DNA from: an uncultured virus (IMG/VR IMGVR_UViG_3300034110_000988)
Taxonomy: Duplodnaviria; Heunggongvirae; Uroviricota; Caudoviricetes
IMG/VR virus record: IMGVR_UViG_3300034110_000988
DNA: 64,000 nucleotides
Reading direction: 5' to 3' (one strand)
In this document: positions 49,443-59,271 of the stretch, one piece after another
Position numbering within the stretch: the stretch's first letter is position 1
How the letters are laid out: each line of letters starts with the position of its first letter
The notes under the pieces: model-generated
The model's database searches: none
What the model was told of the DNA's origin: nothing
The model's input: the letters and a program-made list of their open reading frames with translations, nothing else
Program-made: the position numbers and the translations under genes

Positions 49443-50090
49443 TTAGAACATTATCATTTCTATTATATCATTAACTTCTTTACCACTAAGCAATGAAAAA
49501 TCATTATAATTTTTAATATAATAGCTAATATGATTTATATTTTTAAAGTTTATTTTTTTAACGTCTATTCCATTAATAGATTCTACACTTACTATTGTCC
49601 AATCATAATCCAATATGTTTAAACTATTTGATTGTATGTGTATATAATTATCTTTACTTAGAAAAGTAAAACAATTAGATTCTTTAAAAGTCAGATAACA
49701 ACAACTATTTCTGTTTATCTTGTTTTCATATTCTTTAAAATATCCATCAACCATCATGACTATCCATGCATGATTTTCAATAGCATTCGGATTTATTCTT
49801 TCATTTTTTACAATAGGATAATTCATTCCGGGTAAAATACTTAAATACTCTTTTAACTTTTCAGCTTTGTGAGTAAAAGTAAAATCAACGATATGTTCTA
49901 AATTTATTCCTTCTGGCATTTCTTTTTCATCTAGCATGCATTTTAAAAAATAAAAATATCTATAAATCCATACTACATGACTTGTATTTTGTACGGGTTC
50001 ATCTAACCATTTTACAAAATTCATTAAACTAACGATTTCTAATTTATTCCTAAGTTCTTCTTGTACAATATTTTCCATAAATTTTTCCAT
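49443..50090 (-). CDS. hypothetical protein, MxxI-like end
   Basis: Ends DIIEMIMF. Confidence 0.7.
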   Translation of the reverse strand: MEKFMENIVQEELRNKLEIVSLMNFVKWLDEPVQNTSHVVWIYRYFYFLKCMLDEKEMPEGINLEHIVDFTFTHKAEKLKEYLSILPGMNYPIVKNERINPNAIENHAWIVMMVDGYFKEYENKINRNSCCYLTFKESNCFTFLSKDNYIHIQSNSLNILDYDWTIVSVESINGIDVKKINFKNINHISYYIKNYNDFSLLSGKEVNDIIEMIMF

Positions 50091-50104
50091 AAATTAATTT
50101 TTTT

Positions 50105-50671
50105 TTAATAATAATATTCGTAAATCTTACCATTTAATATATCACCAGTGTTCGGATCAAATGAATAGTAGGTGTATACATAATCATTATTGGCTAGCTC
50201 TTTTTTTCCAAAAGACAAACTTGGTATGGATGAGTTGTCTGTTAAAGTAGACATCACATTATTTTGCCCCTTTATATTAACTTTAATTGCTTTGATGTCT
50301 TTATTGCTGATCTTTTCTTTTATCACTTTAAAATCGGCAAATTGTAGCTTACTTAAATCGTTTGTAATGTCTTTTCCTGTTTCATTTAGACAGATATGAC
50401 TAGTTCCGACATCCATTTTCAGGTAATTATTAGAATCTTTTTTCTTTCTGGCGAAGCAATGCATTAGATATTTATCAGTCGCTGTTCTGTCTTCTGTTTC
50501 GTAACTGATAGACGCCGCTTCAAACAATCCCCCAAAAGTTGCTAACTTGACCGTTTTGTTCGCTGGTACATTGATGAGTTGAACACCATTGTCTGCAGTA
50601 AACACTTTTGTTTCATCTGCCATTGCAATTGTAGATATTGCACCAAGCAATACCATGACACTTAATTTCAT
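50105..50671 (-). CDS. secreted hypothetical protein
   Basis: Signal peptide MKLSVMVLLGAISTIAMA; AGGAG RBS. Confidence 0.75.
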   Translation of the reverse strand: MKLSVMVLLGAISTIAMADETKVFTADNGVQLINVPANKTVKLATFGGLFEAASISYETEDRTATDKYLMHCFARKKKDSNNYLKMDVGTSHICLNETGKDITNDLSKLQFADFKVIKEKISNKDIKAIKVNIKGQNNVMSTLTDNSSIPSLSFGKKELANNDYVYTYYSFDPNTGDILNGKIYEYYY

Positions 50672-50850
50672 GATAAATCTCCTTAAAATATCAAAAATTT
50701 TACCATTGAGCCATATGTTGTCAATGTTATTAAAATATTGTTCGATTAACGGAACTATTTCCAACATTATATAGATATTGTTTGTCTTTTTAATCCTTGT
50801 CTATTTTTATGATTTTTGCTATAATCATGGAAATCAAATAGGAATCTATC

Positions 50851-51195
50851 ATGAAAAAGAAAACTCCTTTGTCAAAAATTGCCGAAGTCGATATCCAAAT
50901 TGTCAAGATGAGCGAGTCTTCTGGTAATGATCAGTTCTTTGTTCGTATGGTGCGTAATGATAGTGAAAGCTTTTTCAGCACTTCTGGACAGCTAGCATAC
51001 TCTTGCTGGCAAACTATTAAAGATGAGCTTTCAAAAGAAGAGTGCCTTGCTCGTGCTTGGTTTGATGCTGGCTTCGTAGCTCGTTTCGTTGGCATTAAGT
51101 CTTTGAGCGAAATCAAAGTGCTTGGTCTTGATGAAGAAGAAGAGAAAATTCTTCGCAGTTCAATGACGCTGTTTCGAGAAAATGATGAGGATTAA
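50851..51195 (+). CDS. hypothetical protein
   Basis: Promoter, RBS, terminator. Confidence 0.7.
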   Translation: MKKKTPLSKIAEVDIQIVKMSESSGNDQFFVRMVRNDSESFFSTSGQLAYSCWQTIKDELSKEECLARAWFDAGFVARFVGIKSLSEIKVLGLDEEEEKILRSSMTLFRENDED

Positions 51196-51288
51196 AAGGG
51201 GGCTTCGGCTCCTTTTTTCATTTGGTTTAAAAATAAATCTTGTTATTTTACGCCAATTTGTTTTAATTATTATATAAGGAGAACTACA

Positions 51289-52026
51289 ATGAATTGGAGC
51301 AATAACTTTTTCAACAACATTTCAAGAAACTTTTTTATTAAAACGACTATTGAACCTGAAATAATTGATTTTTTCAAATCACTTGGTGTATCTTATACTT
51401 CACAAGTCATTGAGCAATGTTGTGGTGAAGGTCAACTTCAAATTGCATTAACTCAATCATTTGGTTGTAAATCACTGGGCCTTGATCAGTGTTCCTCGTA
51501 TATTGAAACAGCTAAAAAATTAGCAAAAGCAGCAGAAGTTACTAGCAAATTCATGGAATACGATATTCTTAATGGTAAGTGTGTAGGTTTAGGTCACTTT
51601 GTTATTAATTGGAACACCAGTTGGGGTTATTTTGAAGATGACGCTTCAAATTTGAAGTTTTTGCAAAATGCATTCATGCATACAAGAAAAGATGGAATTT
51701 TTGTTCTTGAATACTATAATGCTGACTTTGTTAAGACTAACTTTGAAACATTCAGAAAAACAGAAAAAAAAGTTGATGGTCAAACTTATATATGTGAACG
51801 AACATCTAAAATTGTGAATGGATGTTTGATTTCAGATTGTGTTATTATGGATTCAAACAAAGCAGTTGTTTTCAATTCTTCTGGTTTGACGAAAATGTAT
51901 TCCAAGGATCAAATTGTTGACATGCTTCATTCGGTTGGATTCCAAAATGTTGTGTGTTACGCTGACTTAGCAAAAAACGAAGCTGCCTTAGACTCGCCAC
52001 GATTGATATTCGTTTCTAAAAAATAA
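51289..52026 (+). CDS. class I SAM-dependent methyltransferase
   Basis: VIEQCCGEG motif I, LGLD, TSWGYF, G.FVLE. Confidence 0.88.
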   Translation: MNWSNNFFNNISRNFFIKTTIEPEIIDFFKSLGVSYTSQVIEQCCGEGQLQIALTQSFGCKSLGLDQCSSYIETAKKLAKAAEVTSKFMEYDILNGKCVGLGHFVINWNTSWGYFEDDASNLKFLQNAFMHTRKDGIFVLEYYNADFVKTNFETFRKTEKKVDGQTYICERTSKIVNGCLISDCVIMDSNKAVVFNSSGLTKMYSKDQIVDMLHSVGFQNVVCYADLAKNEAALDSPRLIFVSKK

Positions 52027-52079
52027 CTTTATCTGTCTCTTAAATTATGGTATAATCTATCAAATTTAGGAGACTTTCC

Positions 52080-53213
52080 ATGTCTAAAACTTATGACCCA
52101 CAATATTCAACTCAGGTAGCATTTAACCGCCCTATCATGGTCGAAATGCTGCAGAAACGAGACATCAATCTCGTTAAACACTGGTTTGAGCATGGTGAGC
52201 CAAACAAGAAATTGGCTGCGTCTGCACTCGATACCATGTTGTTCATGGGCTGGATTGAAGCTCTTGACCTGTTGTGGGATCTGGGTTGGTTGACTAAAAA
52301 GAATATCGTCACAAAATCTTGGGATATTATTACTACGCCTAATGGTCGGTATTATGGCGAGCCTATTGCCAGAACACCAGCCGAAGAATGGCTGATCAAC
52401 AAAACTTACAATGAGAAAGTGTTGTCTGCCAATGAGCTAAATAACTTGCGGTTGACGGTTTTGGCACAAGTCAGCAATTCATCTGATTACTACTGGAATA
52501 TGTTTTTCACGCCAGATTTAAAAATGAAAGGCAAGCTATCGCACACCATTTTCCATTCAGTCAAGTATTTTGCTTATTACGAACACAGCAATAAAGGTAA
52601 TAAGCTGCAAAAATCACTCGATAATATTGATCGAATGAAAGCTCGGTTGGTTGAAGTTATCACTCATCCTAATGGCTTTGAAGTGCCTTACTATTACATT
52701 CTTGATTTCTTGGTTGAAGTTGAAGACTATGATATGTTTTGGTTCATCATGAACAATAAGTTCATTGTCACTCAAAAAGAACTTTTTATTTTGGCAACAC
52801 TGGTTTCTGTCTACTTCAATGTCGTAGCAACCAGAATCAAGAAGATTGATGAAAATGAAGTTGAATCAACTATTGATGAACTGTTGCAATGTCTGGTGAA
52901 TGCTGGCTTGAAAGAAAGTGTTACCTTTACAAAAGATGATTTTGTGGACACTTACTCTAGACTGTTTTCGAGTGGTTCGATGTCGCTGAAAAATATCAAT
53001 ATGCTGACACGTTATGGCTTCGATACAAATGCTAGCCACCTTGAACGTGCTCCAACCTACTATAATGACCCTAAACTTAGGGATATTACGTTCTATGTAG
53101 GGGATGCGGTCTTTGCTGTTCCTAAGACGGATCGTTTTGAAGTTCGCTATCTGCCGTTGAATGAGCAAGAAAAAACGGCTTTTAGACAAAAAATGTTAAC
53201 TTATCTTAAATGA
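52080..53213 (+). CDS. hypothetical protein
   Basis: 377-aa ORF, AGGAG RBS. Confidence 0.8.
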   Translation: MSKTYDPQYSTQVAFNRPIMVEMLQKRDINLVKHWFEHGEPNKKLAASALDTMLFMGWIEALDLLWDLGWLTKKNIVTKSWDIITTPNGRYYGEPIARTPAEEWLINKTYNEKVLSANELNNLRLTVLAQVSNSSDYYWNMFFTPDLKMKGKLSHTIFHSVKYFAYYEHSNKGNKLQKSLDNIDRMKARLVEVITHPNGFEVPYYYILDFLVEVEDYDMFWFIMNNKFIVTQKELFILATLVSVYFNVVATRIKKIDENEVESTIDELLQCLVNAGLKESVTFTKDDFVDTYSRLFSSGSMSLKNINMLTRYGFDTNASHLERAPTYYNDPKLRDITFYVGDAVFAVPKTDRFEVRYLPLNEQEKTAFRQKMLTYLK

Positions 53214-53232
53214 GGCTTCGGCCTCGTTTTTG

Positions 53233-53610
53233 TTAAGATGTCGTGCGGAAATTGAGATTTGCCTCCCAGTTTTCTAAATCTTTAAAAGATTCATAAGGTG
53301 AATCAGCTATACTTTTTTTCAATTCTTCCAAGGCATAGGCTTTATAATCATCTGATATTTGTAAGGCTTCGCCTAAATCCAAAAATTGACCATTATATAC
53401 ATTGAAAAATCCCATACCTATTAAAAAGTGAAAATTGCCGTCATCATGATCAATAACAAATGTAAATTTATCTCCGTCTAGTTCATAATAATTTTCTTGA
53501 TACTCTTCAACAGTTTCTGGATTTTTTTCAAACCATTCATTATATTCCTTGTAATCTTCGCCTTTCGGCTTAAATGTAAAACCATAACACGCTTTAATAT
53601 ACAATCCCAT
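53233..53610 (-). CDS. hypothetical protein
   Basis: AGGAG RBS on minus strand. Confidence 0.7.
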   Translation of the reverse strand: MGLYIKACYGFTFKPKGEDYKEYNEWFEKNPETVEEYQENYYELDGDKFTFVIDHDDGNFHFLIGMGFFNVYNGQFLDLGEALQISDDYKAYALEELKKSIADSPYESFKDLENWEANLNFRTTS

Positions 53611-53747
53611 TTTTGACTCCTTTATTCATTATTTAATGATAATAAATAAAGTTTTCTTGTCAATATTAAGGCTATTTAAAAATTAAATAATAGGCAAAGA
53701 ATGCTGGCATTATTTCAAAAAATATAAAAGAGGCCGTAGCCTCATTA

Positions 53748-54350
53748 TTAATATGGTTTTATTTTTAATGGTGGTCTGCTTTTTGCTTCTGGACTGGTGT
53801 ACTCTTCCATCATCTTTTTCACATATTCAGCAGTTTTTACTTTCAAGTCAGCTTCTGGTGTTTTTGATGTTTTCCACAAATCTCTCATTTCTTTAAATTC
53901 ATCATAGTCGCTGATGTGTTGTGAATACACTTGAATGCCAGCTTTATTTAAATCCATGACCAACTTTTCTTCAAACTTTGAAAAAGTGCCCATGTCTTGA
54001 AGTGGCCCAGTGGTTAATCGACTTCTGAAATTTTCTCTCAATGTTTCAATACTTCTATGCATGCCAGTATAAATGAACGACATAGCAAGGGATGCGTAGC
54101 CACCAGTTTTGATAATGTCAGGGCTGATTGTGTACAATTCATAGTTTTGTGAAAGAGCCATGCTGATGGTGATCAATCCGACAGTGCCTCCTACTGCTCC
54201 AATGACGTTATGTATTTTTGCCTTGGTTTTGATTGTCTGGTCAAGGTCTTCTGTTTCTTTTTTCTCTTGATGCAATTTCTTGAAAAAATCAAAAACATCA
54301 TGATACAACGATTCGCTAATTCTATCTTTGAATAATTTATTGTGTTCCAT
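53748..54350 (-). CDS. 2-TM protein with basic C-tail
   Basis: Two hydrophobic helices; ends KSRPPLKIKPY. Confidence 0.7.
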   Translation of the reverse strand: MEHNKLFKDRISESLYHDVFDFFKKLHQEKKETEDLDQTIKTKAKIHNVIGAVGGTVGLITISMALSQNYELYTISPDIIKTGGYASLAMSFIYTGMHRSIETLRENFRSRLTTGPLQDMGTFSKFEEKLVMDLNKAGIQVYSQHISDYDEFKEMRDLWKTSKTPEADLKVKTAEYVKKMMEEYTSPEAKSRPPLKIKPY

Positions 54351-54497
54351 AGATGACCTATTAAAAATGTTTATATATATTATTTTATCACATATTTTTG
54401 TAGTTGGCATTTTTTTTATATTTATATTGAGTCCTTTCATTGACTTTTTAACTTTTTTATCATAATATTTTGTTATATAACAAAAAAGTATACGACT

Positions 54498-54914
54498 ATG
54501 AAATTGAAACAAACGGCTTTATTTTTTCTATGTATAGCACCATTATCAGCTTTCGCAAATTTTACTGTCATTTTACCATTAGAAGCCAGTAATGGTGGTA
54601 GTTTACCAAACAGTAGCATTGTGTTTTCAAATTCTGGTGATGATACTTCTATTCCACCTCCACCACCTGTTGGCCCCGGCACAGATCCTGTTGATCCTGA
54701 TGAAGATCCTCGTATTCAAGCATGTCGTGATAAAGAATCACAAGTTATTAGTATTGTGGAACGTTATGGACAAACTTTTAGTGGCCTTTATCCTTATCTC
54801 GATCCAGATACTGATACGTTATATTGTACTGCTGATTACACTATTCCTGATGAGCCTGCACGCAGTCAAGTTATTCAAGAATTACAAAATATTGGTGTTG
54901 GAACTGCCATGTAA
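54498..54914 (+). CDS. secreted protein with Pro-rich linker
   Basis: Signal peptide AFA/NF, PPPPP linker, Cys pair. Confidence 0.75.
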   Translation: MKLKQTALFFLCIAPLSAFANFTVILPLEASNGGSLPNSSIVFSNSGDDTSIPPPPPVGPGTDPVDPDEDPRIQACRDKESQVISIVERYGQTFSGLYPYLDPDTDTLYCTADYTIPDEPARSQVIQELQNIGVGTAM

Positions 54915-55010
54915 TTTTGTTTTGGCAATAAAAGGGGCTTCGGCCTCTTTTTTCTTGTCTTTTGTTTGTAAATTTGTTATTCTATATCATTAATTTGGAG
55001 TAACTATCAA

Positions 55011-55550
55011 TTGAATAAACAGGCCCATCTCACTTTTTTCTCAAGGCTTCGTATTTTAGAAAAAATTGACATCTCACATTCTATTGATATCAGTGGCTTA
55101 TATATAGATCTTTTATTTTTATATTCGAAATTGATTGATAACAACTTTATTTTTGATATTAAAACTGTTACTTATGAAGATTTGATTGAATTTGAAAAAG
55201 ATTCTCAACATAAAGTTATCAAACCTTTAAATAAAAGGTCAGTTCAAGGTCTATTAATTTGGCTTAAAAAAATATATGCATTTGAACATGACGTTAAATC
55301 AGATTACGAAGGAAAACCTGTATTGTTTTCTAACTCTGATTTAAGTTTGATTATTACTGATAAAAACATTTCAGTTAAATTTTTCATTGATGGTAATTTG
55401 TTGCGTTATCATTCTTATAGCGTTGATGGTGTTGAACATCTTATTGAAGACTCTATTTTGATGAAACACTCTACTTTCTCACGTTTCATCTCAAATATTG
55501 TTGAGTATCATGCTTGCGAAAAATCTGTTCTTACAATGGTATTGTATTGA
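55011..55550 (+). CDS. hypothetical protein, MxxI-like end
   Basis: Ends SVLTMVLY. Confidence 0.65.
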   Translation: MNKQAHLTFFSRLRILEKIDISHSIDISGLYIDLLFLYSKLIDNNFIFDIKTVTYEDLIEFEKDSQHKVIKPLNKRSVQGLLIWLKKIYAFEHDVKSDYEGKPVLFSNSDLSLIITDKNISVKFFIDGNLLRYHSYSVDGVEHLIEDSILMKHSTFSRFISNIVEYHACEKSVLTMVLY

Positions 55551-55558
55551 GTTAATAG

Positions 55559-55747
55559 TTATAGGTAAACAATCACATATTCGCCGGGAAGAAGTTTGTA
55601 ATAACACATTACGTTTTGTTTTCCATCGCCAATATTTGGATTATGTTCCAGTACGTCAGTGTTATCTTTTTTTTCTAACGCTATTCCTTGTAGCCTTCTT
55701 TTTTCAACATTTTTTACATCATATATCACTGTATGTGGAACTTTCAT
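55559..55747 (-). CDS. small hypothetical protein
   Basis: AGGT RBS on minus strand. Confidence 0.55.
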   Translation of the reverse strand: MKVPHTVIYDVKNVEKRRLQGIALEKKDNTDVLEHNPNIGDGKQNVMCYYKLLPGEYVIVYL

Positions 55748-55917
55748 AACTACTACCTTCTTATTAAATCATTTATTTATTAAATAATACTATAATATAA
55801 ATCCATATCAAGTGTATTTTTAATATTATTTATTTTTACTTATATAATCTTGGTTTTGTATTTAAATTATTCATATTTGTGGTATAATGATAACATTGAA
55901 TAAAAATATTAATAACT

Positions 55918-57762
55918 ATGAATTTGAAAGAAAGTTTACGAACTATTGAGAAAGCTACCAGTCGTGTTGTCGATACAGGTTGGGAGACTTTATATGGAGA
56001 TCGTTTAAATTATAATGAAATGTATTTTATACCTCATTTAAAAAACAATAAAGCTAATAGAAAAATGGCTCAGGTGCCTCTACTATCGGATACGATTACT
56101 AAATTATCCGACTGTGTTGAAACTATCAAAAACACTGATATTCATTCATTCAGTACAGTTGCTGAAATCAATCTCTATGGTTCCCACGTATACCCTTCTG
56201 AGATGGATAAACAGAACATCACTAAACGGACATTGCTCGACTATGAATCAAATAAAGCATGGCTTGATTTTTATTCTGCTGAAATGAGTGGATCTCGTGC
56301 ATTTGATGAAGATCTGTCAGATTACCTTGAAGATCAAGTTATCGCTATTAATCGTATAGCTGAACAACTGGAAAAGCAACATGTTAATATTAATAAGTTT
56401 TTAATGTTTAACTACACCGTGACTAATCAGTTGTCTATTTCATTGCAACATGAAGAAGATAGAGCTTACGTTGCTGAATCCGCTATCAACTACATTACCA
56501 ACAATCTTCCAGACATCGAAGCTTTTAAATCCTTATATGCAGACTATGTGGCTGCTAATGATAAGTTTTTAACCGATGTTAAAGCGGAACTCGTTAAAAT
56601 CAATCCAGACACCTTTGTTACGAATGCTGACTTGTTTATATCAACCTTGGCGAAGAACAGTGGTACTAATGCTGTCGAAGGATTCTTGATTGAAAAAATG
56701 TTGACAGACGACTCTGTTATTACTTCTGTTGATTTTACTGCAGGACAAGCTATTAATAAGGCCATTCTTTTTGATGATGCGAGTATTGCTTATAAACAAG
56801 ATGGTCAATACCATACATTCAAAGACAACCAAAGTCTTGATAATTTCATGTATACGCTAAACCATAGTGCTCTTTCTTACATATTAAGAAAAAAGCCAAC
56901 CACTATTCCTTTTTTCAAAGAAAAATTAATAGAAGACAAAAATTACAATAACGCCATTAGTGCAGCTACATCGTTTATTGATAATTACACTGTTTTGAAA
57001 CAATATAACTATGATCTCAATTCTTTCAAAGATAAAAGTTTTGAAGCCATTGATGATGAAATTAACCATGTTGTTGACAAGAACAAAATTAAACAATATG
57101 CATTTAGTATTCTTAGTTCTAAAAATAAACACTTATTTAATGATGAAACAGAGCCTTATTTCAAAGCATTGTTTGACAACAATGTAACGACATCACAACT
57201 CCAAACGTTTGTAGGCAAAAAACTGGCAGCTCTACATTCTAACGGAGACGTTATTACGATGTTGAACGGTATTCGTAACCATTTCGATGGATTTACTCAG
57301 GAAGCTCTAACGTTGAAATTAGAAGCTTTTGCTATTGAAAAATTACATGACCAAGACAATGTGGTTACTTTTGCTGTTGCTAATTACGTTCAATGTGAAG
57401 CGTTAGGATCAACATCTTGGTGTATTGTTCGAGATCAAGAATACTACGATCAGTATGTTACTGACCATCGTAATATCCAGTATATGATGTATGACTTCAA
57501 CAAACCATCCACTGACATCAATTCTATGATTGGCTTCACTGTAGACCGTTCTGGGGCTATTTATGCTGAACACTTGAAAAATGATGATGCTATTCATTCA
57601 TATAGCAAAGATGAACAATTGACGCATATACAAACCAATACTATTTATCAAAACAGAAAGAACCATAAATTATCAGAAGAAACCCTATTTGCAATGGAAG
57701 AAACTCTGGGCATTCAGGATGTTGTCAAAAACACTAAACCTTTAAAAATGAGAAATATATGA
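55918..57762 (+). CDS. large hypothetical protein A (G.TSWCI domain), copy 1
   Basis: Paralog of 60284..62116; LGSTSWCIVRD..Y..QY, MIGFTV. Confidence 0.85.
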   Translation: MNLKESLRTIEKATSRVVDTGWETLYGDRLNYNEMYFIPHLKNNKANRKMAQVPLLSDTITKLSDCVETIKNTDIHSFSTVAEINLYGSHVYPSEMDKQNITKRTLLDYESNKAWLDFYSAEMSGSRAFDEDLSDYLEDQVIAINRIAEQLEKQHVNINKFLMFNYTVTNQLSISLQHEEDRAYVAESAINYITNNLPDIEAFKSLYADYVAANDKFLTDVKAELVKINPDTFVTNADLFISTLAKNSGTNAVEGFLIEKMLTDDSVITSVDFTAGQAINKAILFDDASIAYKQDGQYHTFKDNQSLDNFMYTLNHSALSYILRKKPTTIPFFKEKLIEDKNYNNAISAATSFIDNYTVLKQYNYDLNSFKDKSFEAIDDEINHVVDKNKIKQYAFSILSSKNKHLFNDETEPYFKALFDNNVTTSQLQTFVGKKLAALHSNGDVITMLNGIRNHFDGFTQEALTLKLEAFAIEKLHDQDNVVTFAVANYVQCEALGSTSWCIVRDQEYYDQYVTDHRNIQYMMYDFNKPSTDINSMIGFTVDRSGAIYAEHLKNDDAIHSYSKDEQLTHIQTNTIYQNRKNHKLSEETLFAMEETLGIQDVVKNTKPLKMRNI

Positions 57763-59195
57763 AAAAAGCGACTGCAGAAGATTTTTTAACTTTACTTGAT
57801 GATTTCAAATTATCCAATAATATCACGGATACTAACTTTGACTATTATGCAACCTTGAAATTTTGTAGGTCTACATTTTTGAATGATTTTTATGATATTT
57901 CTCTTGTGAAAACAGACTCTCAACAATATCCTATTTTATTGCAAATGAATGGTAAAGCACTTGTTTTTAAAATGAAAGATGCTAATTTTGCTGGTATTTC
58001 TGAGGATGAAATCAAGAATGTTGTGCCTTTTTTGACAAAAAAAGACTATTCTCATGTCAGTCATCTAAACACTATATTAAAAGAGAGCACATCGTTTAAA
58101 TCGTTTGTTGATAATATTAATACTGTATTTGGTGAAGGGTTTGATTTACATGATTTAAGTGGTGTTTCGAAAAATATCATGGCTTTTAATATTGCTGATA
58201 CACTTAATACATTAGTGAAAAAATTAAAAGATGTAGATGTAAAAGATTATGATATCAAATATTCATTACAAATATTAGAAGATGACTTATCTTCGGATAT
58301 ATTTATTGGACGTGGGATTGACGTATCACAAATGTCACATGATTTTAAGCGTTATGTTTCGCCTAACCAAAGTGGCTATTCAGGTGATACAGAAACTTAT
58401 TATGATAGCTTAATGGAAAAATATTATAAACACTTAGATCAGTATTTTGATTTGTTTAAATTTCAGCAGACGTTAAAAACAGGAATTATGCTTAATTCAA
58501 CAACTGATGAAAAACTATTAGACACACCATTATTAAATGAGTTTATTACCATTGTTAAAGCTAACCAACCAACTTGGTTTCAGTCGTTTGATGAATCAAT
58601 GGTTCACTCAAGGACCGATGATAACGCTATTAGAGCCGCTGGCACACCTTTGATTGATAAGAGTGCTGACTTTGATTTGATTAATTCTATATTGTGTCGA
58701 GCAAGTGTTTATCCATCCACTATAGATGGATACACTAATGTTTCAGAAATTTTTATGAAAGAAGATACTAACTCAGTTCATTTGTATGGAGATAATGTAT
58801 TCTTTAAACCTTATTACCATAACCTTATTATCAAGGAAAAAGAAAATCTAAATATTTGCACTTATATTCATTCTGAAATGGGCTTGTCTTTAAGTGATGA
58901 TATGAAATTCAGCTTCCTTTTACCTGTATTGGATTATTTAGAAAAAAATAAAATAATTCTTGATTTAGCTGATAGTAATGATTATTACTTAACTTTCTTG
59001 AATTATATAAAGAAGGAAGATCTATCAGCACTTATAAAAGAAAAATACCCTAATCTTATCTTTTTAAACTTTGATAAAGACCTTAAAAAATCTATTGAGA
59101 TTAGTCATGCAACGTCTTTTAAGGATGCATTGAAAATCTATAAGCAAGATGAGAAACCAACGCCTAAAACGACTAAATTAAAAAACGCCTTGTAA
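57759..59195 (+). CDS. hypothetical protein B, copy 1
   Basis: ATGA overlap with A; paralog of 62113..63519. Confidence 0.85.
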   Translation: MKKATAEDFLTLLDDFKLSNNITDTNFDYYATLKFCRSTFLNDFYDISLVKTDSQQYPILLQMNGKALVFKMKDANFAGISEDEIKNVVPFLTKKDYSHVSHLNTILKESTSFKSFVDNINTVFGEGFDLHDLSGVSKNIMAFNIADTLNTLVKKLKDVDVKDYDIKYSLQILEDDLSSDIFIGRGIDVSQMSHDFKRYVSPNQSGYSGDTETYYDSLMEKYYKHLDQYFDLFKFQQTLKTGIMLNSTTDEKLLDTPLLNEFITIVKANQPTWFQSFDESMVHSRTDDNAIRAAGTPLIDKSADFDLINSILCRASVYPSTIDGYTNVSEIFMKEDTNSVHLYGDNVFFKPYYHNLIIKEKENLNICTYIHSEMGLSLSDDMKFSFLLPVLDYLEKNKIILDLADSNDYYLTFLNYIKKEDLSALIKEKYPNLIFLNFDKDLKKSIEISHATSFKDALKIYKQDEKPTPKTTKLKNAL

Positions 59196-59271
59196 GGTGT
59201 TTTTTTATAGCTAATGTTTTCATTTCATGCTATACTGCCACAATATTTTATTTATCTACAGGTACGGTGGC

